Origin: the human T2T-CHM13v2.0 reference genome, Homo sapiens
Length of the DNA stretch: 64,000 nt
Direction: 5' to 3' (one strand)
NCBI RefSeq assembly: GCF_009914755.1
Contig: NC_060927.1
This document shows positions 1 through 12,579 of this stretch, one piece after another. Below the pieces are notes generated by a model. It was given only the letters and a program-made list of their open reading frames with translations, did not search any database and was not told the DNA's origin. A program made the translations under genes and the position numbers. The number at the start of each line of letters is the position of its first letter. Position 1 is the stretch's first letter.

Positions 1-251
1 GGTAGAGAGTCAAGAAATATATGTGGCCTCTTGAAAACTCCTTTACAGTTTTCACAGCTATATTGTTGTCAATGTCTGTGAAATCCAATCCTGAATAATA
101 ACAACAGTCAATGATAACAGCAACCACATTTGCTCAGCTCGTGCTGTATGCCAGGCACTGTCCCTAGAGCTTTCCATATGTATTCATACATTCTCACAGC
201 CCTCGGAGGTCAATGCAGCTGTTGTCTCCATGTTAAAAATGAGGAAACTGG

Positions 252-573
<322 letters not shown>

Positions 574-1923
574 TTAACTATATACCACTACTAAGTGGCT
601 AAATTGAGATTCGAACTTAGGTCTATGTGATAGAAAGGACCATGAACATGCTGCCCTGCCAGCCCTCTACTGCTCTGGTGTTTCTCAAATTTGTTATCTG
701 CTTGCTGTTGCTCACAGAACAGCTGGCCTTAACCAGTGATGGAAGAAGTTCAGGGGATCTTTGAACCCCTATGGTGGTGCAAAACATTTGATGTATATGA
801 ACATTTTTCCCAAAAGAGGTCCTGTCACTTTTGGATCCACAGATTCTCAAGGGATCAGTGCTCCCCTTCCCTTCCTCCTAAGAAACTTAAAAACCTCTTC
901 ATCTGTTCAACAACTTTTCAGTATATTCAGATTATCCATAAAATACATTCTTCTGGAGCTGTGTAAAGCCATCATGTCCTTCAAGAGATTATAAAGGTCT
1001 ATTTTTATAAAAAATGTACAATTTCTACCATATAAAGAGAAAGAATCTCTCTATAACATGGAGAGAATCAATCTGTTCCTAACACATCCAAGCGTTTTTT
1101 GGAAATAGGAGCCACAGAGAGTTACAACAGATCCTGACAAAAAGGATTGCAGGAAGTCAAAGTCCTGTGGTTTTCAGTTTTTCTTTTTGAAATTTTTCTG
1201 CCTCCTTAATTTTTCTCTCTGGGGAAAATAAGTGACTTTCAGCTTTGAGAGTTGCATAAAATTCCAGAATACAAGAAATCTTAATAAGACATCAAATTTA
1301 ATCCTTATCTTCAGATAGGACTGCACCAAAGCCCTCAGAATCCCCAATGAGAAAGAGTCTCCAGTCATTCTTGTTAACAAATCATTTTAAATTTGCATCA
1401 TATCTACAGAGAAGGTGACCCAGGAAGCTATCTGGTTCTCATCACTCTGCTCTTGCCAGATAATAACCCCACACAGTCATTCTGACTGCATATCACGCCT
1501 TGAGCAGTGCTCCCTTTAGTCATTCTTTATTCTTCCCTGCCTTGCACTCTTCTCCACTCAGGACATCCTCCTCTCTGTCCCCCTCTCTCAATTCCCTCCT
1601 TCCAATCCTCTTCATCAAGTCCTCACTGCTTCAAATCTGAAGGCATAGAGCTGCTACCCTTGGTGTCTGAGAGTGTCTGTTTCCCCTCATACTTACCCAC
1701 ACTGGATTTTACCTATTGAGCTTTTTAAATGTTTGCCGATTGGGTAGGTAAATAAGAGTTTCTTGTTGTTTTGATTATATTCCTGTGTGAGGTTAAACAT
1801 TTTTTCATATGTTTATTGCCCATTTTTATTTTTCTGTGAAACTCACCTCACATCCCTTGTATCCCTTGTTTTTGGCATTATTATTTCTTTTGGCAAGTCT
1901 GCTCTAAAATAGTTTGCCTTACC

Positions 1924-3972
1924 TTTTTTTTTATTTCTTCTAAAAAAAAAAACAAAAACAAAAAAAAACAGGATACATGTGCAGAACATGCCGGTTTGTT
2001 ACATAGGTATACATGTGCCATGGTGGTTTGCTGCACATATTGACCCATCTTCTAAGTTTCCTCGCCTCAACCCCCACCCCTCGACAGGCCCTGGTGTGTG
2101 TTGTTCCCTCTCAGTGTCCATGTGATCTCAACATTCAACTCCCAATTATGAGTGAGAACACGCGGTGTTTGGTTTTCTGTTCCTGTGTTAGTTTGCTGGG
2201 GATGATGGCTTCCAGCTTCATCCATGTCCCTGCAAAGGACATGGTCTCATTCCTTTTTATGGCTGCATAGTATTCCATGTGTATATGTACCACATTTTCT
2301 TTATCCAGTCTATCATTGATGGGCATTTGGGTTGGTTCCATGTCTTTGCTATTGTAAATAGTGCTGCAATAAACATATGTGTGCATGACTCTTTCTAGTT
2401 AAATGATTTATATGCCTTTGGATATACACCCAGTAATGGGGTTTCTGGGTCAAATAGTATTTCTGATTCTAGATCCTTGAGGAATCGTCATGCTGTCTTT
2501 CACAATGGTTGAATTAATTTACATTCCTACCAACAGTGTAAAAGCATTCCTATTTATCCACAGCCTTGCCAGCATCTATTGTTCCCTGACTTTTTAATAA
2601 TCGCCATTCTGACTGGCATGAGATGGTATCTCATTGTGGTTTTGATTTGCATTTCTCTAATGATCAGTGATGTTGAGCTTCTTTTCATATGTTTCTTAGC
2701 CACATAAATGTCTTCTTTTGAGAAGTGTCTCTTCATATCCTTTGCTCATTTTTTGATGGGGTTTTTTGGGTTTTTTTCTTGCAAATATGTTTAAGCTCCT
2801 TGTAAATTCTGGATATTAGACCTTTGTCAGATGGGTAGATTGCAAAAATTTTCTCCATTTCTGTAGGTTGCCTGTTCACTCTGATGATAGTTTCTTTTGC
2901 TGTGCAGATGCTGTTTAGTTTAATTAGATTCCATTTGTCAATTTTGGCTTTCGTTGCAACTGCTTTTGGTGTTTTAGTCATGAAGTCTTTGCCCATGCCT
3001 ATGTCCTGAATGGTATTGCATAGGTTTTCTTCTAGGGTTTTTATGGTTTTGGGTTTTACGTTTAAGTCTTTAATCCATCTTGAGTTGATTTTTGTATAAG
3101 GTGTAATGAAGGGGTCCAGTTTCAGTTTTCTGCATATGGCGAGCCAGTTTTCCCAGCACCATTTACTGAATAGGAGATCCTTTCCCCATTGCTTGTTTTT
3201 GTTAGGTTTGTCGAAGATCAGATTGTTCTAGATGTGTGGTGTCACTTCTGAGGTCTCTATTCTGCTCCATTGAGCTATATGTCTGTTTTGGTACCAGTAC
3301 CAAGCTGTTTCAGTTACTGTATCCTTGTAGTATAGTTTGAAGTCAGGTATCATGATGCCTCCAGCTTTGTTCTTTTTGCTTAGGATTGTCTTGGCTATAT
3401 GGGGTCTTCTTTGATTCCATATGAAATTCAAAATAGCTTTTTCTAATTCTGTGAAGAATGTCAATGGTAGTTTAATGGGAATAGCATTGAATCTATAAAT
3501 AACTTTGGGCAGTATGACCATTTTCATAATATTGATTCTTGCTATCCAAGAGGATGGAATGTTTTCCATCTGTGTCCTCTCTTAATTCCTTGAGCAGTGG
3601 TTTGTAGTTCTCCTTGAAGATGTCCTTCACATCCCTTGTTAGCTGTATTGCTAAGTATTGTATTCTCTTTGTGGTGATTGTAAATGGGAGTTCACTCATG
3701 ATTTGGCTCTCTGCTTGCCTATTGTTGGTGTAAAGGGATTCTTGTGATTTTTGCACATCGATTTTGTATCCTGAGATTTTGCTGAAGTTGCTTATCAGTT
3801 CAAGAAGTTTATGGGCTGAGATGATGGGGTTTTCTAAATATACAATGATGTTGTCTGCAAACAGAGACAACTTGACTTCCTCTCTTCCTATTCGAATATC
3901 CTTTATTTCTTTCTCTTGCCTGATTGACCTGGCCAGAACTTCCTATAATATGTTGAACAGGAGTGGTGAGAG
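1924..3972 (-). mobile_element. 5'-truncated L1PA (L1PA8-like)
   Basis: ORF2 fragments ([16 protein letters not shown]-terminal region), 3'UTR and A-tail. TSD AGTT(T/A)GCCTTACC at 1911-1923 and 3973-3985. Confidence 0.92.
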
Positions 3973-4389
3973 AGTTAGCCTTACCGTTTTCTCCTGGATC
4001 CGATCTCAAGTGGAATTTAAACTTGCAAAGCCCTACTGATATTCTAGAAATTTCTAAATTTTTAAAAAAGTATTAGCAGGTTAAATCTCTATAAATCTGA
4101 TTTTTCTCTGTAGAGTATATCTTTTTAAAAATTACCCATGATCTTTCCTCTTGTGAAGTTAGATAAAATGGATAGAGTTATTAGTTGCTCACATTCCCCT
4201 ATTTTATTACTTTTAATAGTTTAATATATTATCATTTATTTATTATTATATTATTTAGTATTAGTATTATTTATTAGTTTTATTGCTGGCAGAGACCCTC
4301 TGTCTACTATAGATGGATTTTTTTCCTTCTCTGCTACATTATTCCAATCAGGAGAGAGAAATAAAACAACTTTCTGACCTAGATTTTCA

Positions 4390-6410
4390 GCTACTCCTTC
4401 ATTTCTTGGCTCCCATATAGCAATCTCCTAGGGAAAAAAAACATTGTCTATATTTGCTGTCTCCAGTGCCTCTCCTAGCATTCTTTCTTGAGATAATCCC
4501 AGTCACATTTGGATTCCTACTACTCTCCTGATATTGCTCATGTCAAGGTCAACTGTGATCTTCATGTTTCTGCACCCAGTGGTTGATTCTGTTGATTCTG
4601 TCTGCAGCTCCCTGGACTTATTTGCAGTATACAACATTGTTGATCTTGCCTTTCTCTGGGAAACATTTTCTTTTTTTGGCTGACTTTTAGTATACCTCAT
4701 CTTCCTGGTTTTTCTCTTACCTCATTAATTGTCCCTTCTCAGTCTAATTTTCTGATTCGGCTTCATCACCTTGGCCTCAGAATGTCGGTATTGCCCAAAG
4801 CCCATTCTTTAGCCCTCTTCTCTATCCTTATGCAATCTCTTGACACTCTCATCCAGACTCAGGGTTTTAAATGTCCTCAATGATATGTCTATCTCTCATC
4901 CAGACTGCATCCTTGAACTCTAGATTCATACACAGAGCAGCCTATTCAATACTTCCACTTGCATGCTAATGGATGTTTCAAACTTAACCACATCTAAAAT
5001 GAAGCTTCTAATTTTTTCCCAAAACTTGTACAACGTACAGCCCTCTTCATCACAGCTAATAAAAATCCCATTCTTCTACTTGCAGTTATCTATGATTCCT
5101 CATCTCTTCTTATATCCAACATCTTAACTTTAATGTGTGCGTATATATGTGTGTTTGTGTGTGTTCGTGTATACAAAAGTGCATATATGTACATATATAC
5201 ACTAAAGTGTACATATGTGCAATAAAGTATATTAGTACTTATTGGTAAATATAGCATTCATTTAAGTACTAGTATTAAGTATTGATATAAGTACTAATCT
5301 TGGTATTATTTATAAAAAATATATATCCAGAATTTGACCACTTCATAGTGTCTCTATCTTTGACATCTTGATCCAAACCACCATTATCTTCTGCCTAGAC
5401 TGTGCAATCACCTTTTCCTTAGTGGCCTTGCATTCATTCTTGCCTGCTACAGTCTGTCTGAACACAGCAGCTAGAATAATCTTATTAAACCCCCAGGTTA
5501 CTCTTCTACCTGAAACTCTGCAATTTATCATTTCTCTCAGAGTTAAAGCTAAGGTCTTTACAATGGCTTGCAAGTCTCTAAATGATCTACCACCCAATCC
5601 CTCTTAGTAACTCTCTGATCTCACCTTCTCCTTGTCTTGTTCTCTCTCACTCCATCCCAGACACGCTGTCTTCCCTGCTGATCCTCACACAAGCTAGGCA
5701 TTCCCCTCGCTTCCCCAGAGCTTTCACCTGGCTATTTCCTATGCCAGAAATTCTTTTCTCCATCTTCCCTCTTCTTTGAATTTTTGCTTAAATGTCATGT
5801 TATCAGTGGGCTCTACTTAAATGTTATCTCAGATTTTCCCATCCCTATTATCCTGCTTTGTTTTTTTTCTATAAAAAGTATTACTTCCCAACATACTAAA
5901 TAATTTACTTTTTTATTATGTTGATGATATAGCTTTCCCACTAGAACGTAAGATAGAGGGGTTTTTTTTGTTTGCTTTTTTGTTTTGTTTTGTTTTTGTG
6001 AGAAAAGTCTCGCTCTGTCACCCCGGTTGGAGTGCAGTGGCACGATCTTGGCTCACTGTAACCTCGGCCTCCTGGTTCAAGCGATTCTTCAGCCTCAGCC
6101 TCCTGAGTAGTTGGTATTACAGGCACATGCCACCGCACCTGGCTAATTTTTGTATGTTTAGTAGAGACGGGGTTTACTATGTTGGTCAGGCTAGTCTTGA
6201 ACTCCTGACCTCGTGATCCACCTGCCTTGGCCTCCCAAAGTACTAGGATTACAGGCATGAGTCACCACGCCAGGCCAAGATAGAGGTTTTATCTGTTTCA
6301 TTTATTTTCATATCCCCAGAACCTAGAACTACACCTATAACATTGTAGGCATTCAATAAATATTTGTTGAATGAATGAGTGAATGAGTGAATGAATGAAT
6401 GAATGAATGA
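4390..6410 (+). mobile_element. Degenerate L2 3' portion, interrupted by an Alu and an AT-rich patch
   Basis: L2-like body ending in caataaatatttgttgaatgaatga(GAAT)n; boundaries approximate. Confidence 0.65.
5960..6276 (-). mobile_element. Alu (AluS)
   Basis: Reverse-complement Alu dimer; TSD AAGATAGAGG at 5950-5959 and 6277-6286. Confidence 0.93.
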
Positions 6411-7317
6411 AGAGCATGGGGTTTACTCCTATGAATAAACTTCCTTGGTTTACCAGGTCAACATCTAGTCTTTACATGTGGGACCAACAAGGTCAAATAC
6501 AAAATAACACCCAAAGCATCCAATTTAATAAAAATAGAGAGTAGGAATGTAGTAAATAGTTTCTAAACATATGGCTGGAATGATTATAAATATTTTCCAA
6601 TGTTGATTCAGCACTTTACAGAAAAACAGAGGGTTTGGATTTTCTAGCCCTTTAATTTGCTCAGGGAGAAAGAGAAAAAGCATGAACATCTTTGTTGATG
6701 GAGAGATAGCCTCCTCACCACCTGGGAATGATAGATTTCTTTCATAATAAAAGTATCTGTTTTGCATGGTGCCTCACATAGAGTAAATGCCCAATAAAGA
6801 GTTATTGACTCACTGAATGAATGAATGAGTGCTGTATATTGCCCATTACAGTGAGTATTAAAGTATTTTAAAAAGTAATCAGGAAATAAGAAATCAGACA
6901 GTGTACCACCAGGAATTTTGAATAAAATTCTGTCCATTGCTTTTTGAAATAGACTTTTAAGTGGAATTTGTGATTGAGAGGGTCCTCTTGACAACTGAGA
7001 GATGTGCCTTCTTCTAGATAGAGTGGACTGGAAATAGTTGGGATCACTACCCACGGAGGCCAAAGGAAGCTTGGGAACGTACAATTTCTGCAGGGCCCAA
7101 CTTCAAAAGCTGGCATGTGGTGTATAATCAGCTGGTGCATAATCAGAAGTGTGTACAAATTTAGTCCAGAATTGCAGGCTTGGAAATGATAGATTTTAAT
7201 ACTTGCCCCAGTGAGTGAATCTGGTCAGGTTATCTCATGGCAGTTTTCTCATCATAATCTAGGGATGATGATACTTGTTCTATAGATACTTTTTGTGTTA
7301 TGTTTGGGATAAGCAGG

Positions 7318-7321
<4 letters not shown>

Positions 7322-7357
<36 letters not shown>
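7322..7357. repeat. (TG)n microsatellite
   Basis: About 18 perfect TG units, ~140 nt upstream of exon A. Confidence 0.95.
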
Positions 7358-7359
<2 letters not shown>

Positions 7360-7499
7360 CATGCACTGAATGGAGCAAAGAGCTATAATGCAAGGTAATA
7401 GTGATTAGTTGGGTGTTTTTTAAACTAATCCTTAAAGTGGTTTCCTACTAGTGACTAAAAACAATGAGCAAACATGCGTTCACTTCTTTTCCAATGCAG

Positions 7500-7593
7500 T
7501 TTGACAACACTGGAACATTTCAGGTGATTCCAGTTCCTCCAAATGGGGAAAATCAAACATTAGAAAGACTTCGGCGCTGTGCACTTTGCTATG
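7500..7593 (+). CDS. COL6A5: COL6A5 internal exon A (FDNTGTFQV...RRCALCY), phase 0 to 1
   Basis: Acceptor cttcttttccaatgcag| and donor TATG|gtaag. The 94 nt read open and join exon B in frame (CY-D-KCFPNAC). Recognised as the collagen VI alpha-5 C-terminal region. Confidence 0.93.
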
Positions 7594-8143
7594 GTAAGAC
7601 CAATGAAGAGAATTGACTGTGCTGAAGAGCTTAAATGCCTTCTAGATGAGTTATTGAATGTGGTTTTATCCAGAGATTTCTATTTTTAATCATAGGTTCT
7701 ATTTTCAGTTTTCTAGTTTTTCAATACCATATGTCATGGTTTCAATCTCTGGAATGTTTGGAGTTTCCATAGAATGTGAAAATTGGTTTAGAAAATTATC
7801 CCAACCAATGTAGCATTTCTTGGGGACAATTGGGTAGTTTGTATCAGAAGTCTCTAAAATATCAAAAATATTTCCTAAATGAGCTTGGACATGACTTGTA
7901 CACTGCAGGTATCTGTGCTACCTACATCTGCTTTCAACAAAGCCCTTCCCTTATTGTCTGCTAGTGCCCGGAGAAGTACCGGGACATTGAAAATTTCTCA
8001 TTAATTTAAATTATGTGAGATCAAAGAGATATTGATCAAATTATAATTCTTGGTAATTAGTCACTGAGTCACTTGAAGATCTCAAACAAGTGTCTTGTTG
8101 GGTCAGTGTTGAACCAATGATGTGTCTCTCTGTGTGTTTTCAG

Positions 8144-8803
8144 ATAAATGTTTTCCAAATGCTTGCATTCGAGAGGCTTTCTTACCTGAAGATTCATACA
8201 TGGATGTAGTCTTCCTCATAGACAATTCTCGGAATATAGCAAAGGATGAGTTTAAGGCTGTGAAAGCCTTGGTGAGCTCAGTGATTGACAACTTCAACAT
8301 TGCTTCAGACCCTTTAATCTCAGACTCTGGTGATAGGATTGCTTTGTTGAGCTATTCTCCTTGGGAAAGTTCCAGGAGAAAGATGGGTACAGTAAAAACA
8401 GAGTTTGATTTCATCACTTATGACAACCAACTCCTAATGAAGAATCACATCCAGACTTCCTTCCAACAGCTAAATGGAGAAGCAACAATTGGTCGTGCCC
8501 TACTGTGGACCACTGAAAATCTTTTTCCAGAAACACCCTATCTAAGAAAACACAAGGTCATCTTTGTGGTCTCAGCTGGAGAAAATTATGAGAGAAAAGA
8601 ATTTGTAAAAATGATGGCTTTGAGGGCTAAGTGTCAAGGCTACGTCATATTTGTGATTTCTCTGGGCTCTACACGTAAGGATGACATGGAGGAGTTAGCC
8701 AGCTACCCACTTGATCAACACCTGATACAGCTTGGGAGAATACATAAACCAGATCTGAATTATATTGCGAAGTTCTTAAAGCCATTTTTATACTCGGTCA
8801 GGC
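8144..8803 (+). CDS. COL6A5: COL6A5 exon B, von Willebrand factor A domain, phase 1 to 1
   Basis: Acceptor tgtgttttcag| and donor AGGC|gtaagt; 660 nt within ORF 8122..8838. VWA signatures MDVVFLIDNS, RIALLSYS, KVIFVVSAG. Confidence 0.96.
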
Positions 8804-9607
8804 GTAAGTTATTATTTCATTGTTTGTCTTTTTTTTAATAAGCTAGTGTTTGTTAATACAGTATTGATAACCTATTTTTGTATCTATAGCTAATCTAAAC
8901 ATAATTTATGAATTAGATGGTGAGATAGGGGCAGGAATGGATCATTTGCTGGTTATACCCTGTTTATATCCTGGTCACAAAATGGTGAGGCCTGAGGCCT
9001 TTTTTTATGATAGTGTGTCTTTTAGCCAAACTCTCAGCACTAGAAAGCCACAGAGTGACTAGAGGTCTTATGAATCACATTTGCTCAAGAAGTTCTAGCA
9101 GCAGTTAGGTGATTTCAGAAGAACATTCACGTAAAAGTTTTACTTGCTATACCTGTTTTATTTCCAACTTTGGCACACCCTGGAGACCTGTGTGAGGATG
9201 TGAAGATAGCAAAGTCCTGGGCATGCACATCACCCAGGAATCTTGTTAAAATGCAGGATATTCTTACTGAGGATATCTAGGGTGAAGCCTGAGATTCTAC
9301 ATTTCTAACAGATACTGCAGTAATGTCAATGCTGCTGGTTCATGGATCACGTGGCTCTAGGCCAGTGCACTACAAAGGGTTGCTCATTGCATGAGTGCCA
9401 GGCTACAAATTGATGTATAAAGAAATAAACACACAAATTGAGAGTAAACATCTAGAAACTTTTAAGGCAATTTGACATTGATTGCTGCAGCGTACAGTTG
9501 CATGACCAGTGGACTCTGTCTCATTGAACAGGATGTATCAGTCTGCAAAGAACTAGAAATAAGAATACCTTGTCCTCTATCACAGATGGTTTGGGAAAAT
9601 GCTCTTC

Positions 9608-9826
9608 TAGAGCAATTGTTCTCAATATGGCACAATTTGCCCCAGGGGACATTTGGAAATGCCTGGAGGCATTATTTGACAGTCACAACTTGGGGATGCT
9701 ACTAGTATCAAGTAAATAGAGGTCAGGGATATTGCTAAACATCCTACAATTCACAGGACAGACCCCCCACCACAACAAAGAATAATACATCCCCAAAAGT
9801 CAATAACACTGATGTTGAGAAACACT
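9608..9826. mobile_element. MER20-like hAT MITE
   Basis: ccccaggggacatttggaaatgcctggag...gttgagaaac; a second, partial copy lies near 27380-27550. Confidence 0.7.
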
Positions 9827-11453
9827 TCTCCATAATATCCCACAGAATCAGAGCTGAACCTTTTCTTTCTGGAAATCTGACAGGTTTAGAAGTAAACTTG
9901 GCTGGAATTAATTCCACCACTCTACAATCCCAGTTTCCTTGCTATTCAAAGGATCACCCCACAACACCACAGTGATAATGTCTTGAGCCTTCACTCTTCA
10001 TTGCAAGGAGAGCTCCACCTTTCTCCTGTGATTCATATTCAATTAAAGAATCCAATAATTGCCCTCTTGGGAACACTGTTATTTCTTTACATCTAAGATG
10101 CCCTCAATTGTATAATGTAAAGGAAAAAAATGTTTCCAATTAAATTTTGATACCAACTTTCCTATTAGAGCATTTTGTTTTATAGCAATTGAAAGAGTTC
10201 TTTTGGATGTATAGTAAATATATCACTCCTGTGCATGCATAAAAAGAAAATCTATGTGAAATAGGCAGGTTAAGGCACTCCTAAAACAACTTCTGATTCA
10301 GAATTTGACTCTTGTGAGCTACTTCTTGGCTCAGAGTCATTGGTATCCATTTTTTTCTATGCAATTTTGTTCTTTGTGCCATTAAGATTGATGATTATGC
10401 AATATTTGTAAAAGACTATAAAACAACTCAAAGATGGTCATGCTGGGCTGTTAAGTGGCTTTGCAATCATGTAGAAGTAGCCTACTGTTGACTTCCAGCT
10501 GGGAAGTGTTAAACACACCCAATTCGCTGCCTTCCCACAACCACTTGGTTTGTAGGAGTGAAAAGGCTCCTCTGCTGGTATTTATGGGAATGTTTTCAAA
10601 CTGCTCTCCCCAATTCTACAAGTTTTGGTGCTGGCATGTTTGCTGTTCCCACATGCACAGGCAATGACCACTGCATCACAATTCTTGCCCACCCAACAGT
10701 AAGTGTCAGATGCAATTAATCAGAAGATATATTTTCATTTTAAAGAAATAGAAAAAAGGAAAGAAATGCTTATCTTAGAATTTGAAAATGTGATTATTAT
10801 AAAACTACAGATGTTATTTGAGATATTTTCATAGATCCTTGGATCAGTCAATGGCTGAAGGCCTTCTTTAACTAAAATCTTTTATTTTCCAGAATGGGAC
10901 AGGGTAACATACTTCTCCATATTCCAAAATTTATAGAACAACATCAGGAAGGGGATAAATAGGCATATTATTTAGACCAGTAAGGTAAAATCTTGTCTAT
11001 GATTCTTTTCCTCATAGGAATCAGTATTAGTGGGTGCAGAAGCACAGAAATGATATCAGTATCAAGTAATGAAACATTACCTTGTCTCTGTTTGATCCGT
11101 TAGCGTAAGTCTGGGTGAAAAACCTTTGATGAATCAGAATAGAGTATCTCTTAGATTATGTTAGCCTGAGCATGTGAAAATCATGTTTCCCTGCATCACA
11201 ACTAGCTCTTAGATGAACAATTTGAGGAGGTCTGTTTCCATGACTCTGGTAATCCTTTGGCTGCTAAAACACTCTGAAATCAAATTTTGAGTGCTATTTC
11301 TAACTGCTGTTTTCTGTTTTCACCCCAGCCAAATTTTGCTGAAATATGTTAGTGACATTAGTTGCTTCAAGAGGATTCCTGTTGGGATTCTCTTTACCTA
11401 GGAAACATCATTTCCAGTTTTAAAATCTAACTATAACTTTGTTCTCTCAATAG

Positions 11454-11544
11454 GGGGATTCAATCAGTACCCACCACCGATGCTTGAGGATGCCTGTAGA
11501 CTCATCAATTTAGGAGGAGAGAATATTCGAAATGATGGTTTCCA
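11454..11544 (+). CDS. COL6A5: COL6A5 exon C (RGFNQYPPPMLEDACRLINLGGENIRNDGFQ), phase 1 to 2
   Basis: Acceptor ttctctcaatag| and donor TTCCA|gtaagt; 91 nt; keeps the frame between exons B and D. Confidence 0.93.
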
Positions 11545-11981
11545 GTAAGTTAGAAAGCTCTTATATTTACAAGTGACTGCTAATTGGCTGATGGGAGTAT
11601 AACTGGTTAATAACACTTTATTAGGCTGATGATGCTAACAAGGTCTCTGAAGTAGACATTTTATGTATTCCATTTTCCATAGCAGAAATTACATATCAAG
11701 TATGATTTCCAATTTGTTTTTATAACATCATAAGCTTAATTACAATTTTGCCTTTAAATTCATGGTTTCTTCAGAAATTCCTGTATTGAAATTTACCCCA
11801 GAATAGAACCCACAATTTATCTTCGATCCACCTCAACCTCACTTCTCATTTCTCCCAACCATGAGTTCTGGTCACACTGAACTCTTACCTGCCTTGTGTG
11901 AATTATTCCATTTCACACTGCCTGGGACTCTTGCTCCATTCGGTGAAACCCTAGGCATCTTTCATGACCCAGATTGAAGCC

Positions 11982-12535
11982 ATTTTAGAGGCCCACCCTT
12001 AGGGGCGCATTCTCTTTCTCAGGGATGTTCCTTGCTGAGAAAAAGAATTCAGCGATATTTCTCCCATTTGCTTTTGAAAGAAGAGAAATATGGCTGTTTT
12101 CCACCCGGCTCACCAGCAGTCAGAATTTAAGGTTACCTGTCTTGTTCCCTGAACATAGCTGTTGTCCTGTTCTTTTTTCAAGGTGCCCAGATTTCATATT
12201 GTTCAAACACACATGCTCTACAATTTGTGCAGTTAACACAATCATTACAGGGTCCTGAGGTGACATACATCCTCCTCAGCTTACGAGATGACAGGATTAA
12301 GAGATTAAAGTAAAGACAGGCATAGGAAATCACAAGGTATTGATTGGGGAAGTGAGAAGTGTCCATGAAATCTTCACAATTTATGTTTAGAGATTGCAGT
12401 AAAGACAGGCATGAGAAATGATAAAAGTATTAATTTGGGGGAACTAATAAATGTCCATGAAATCTTCACAATCCACGTTCTTCCGCCATGGCTTCAGCCG
12501 GTCCCTCCGTTTGGGGTCCCTGACCTCCCGCAACA
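11982..12535 (-). repeat. 3' LTR (MER11 family), truncated, 554 bp
   Basis: Aligns to 20810-21363 with about 25 substitutions and two 1-nt indels (manual count); preceded by the PPT. Confidence 0.92.
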
Positions 12536-12552
12536 TCTCTCCCTTTCTTTTT
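12536..12552 (-). promoter_or_regulatory. Polypurine tract
   Basis: AAAAAGAAAGGGAGAGA immediately before the TGTTG start of the 3' LTR. Confidence 0.88.
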
Positions 12553-12579
12553 ATATAAATGTGCCATGGTGATGAAGGC

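Noticed and set aside
5130-5325. AT-rich quasi-palindromic patch (agtact motifs, TG/TA runs)
   Set aside because: Decayed simple repeat inside an L2; no consistent unit.
6644-7084. 146-aa minus-strand intronic ORF
   Set aside because: No motifs or splice context; compatible with chance.
7966-7983. Small inverted repeat CCCGG-N7-CCGGG
   Set aside because: The stem is too short to exceed chance expectation.
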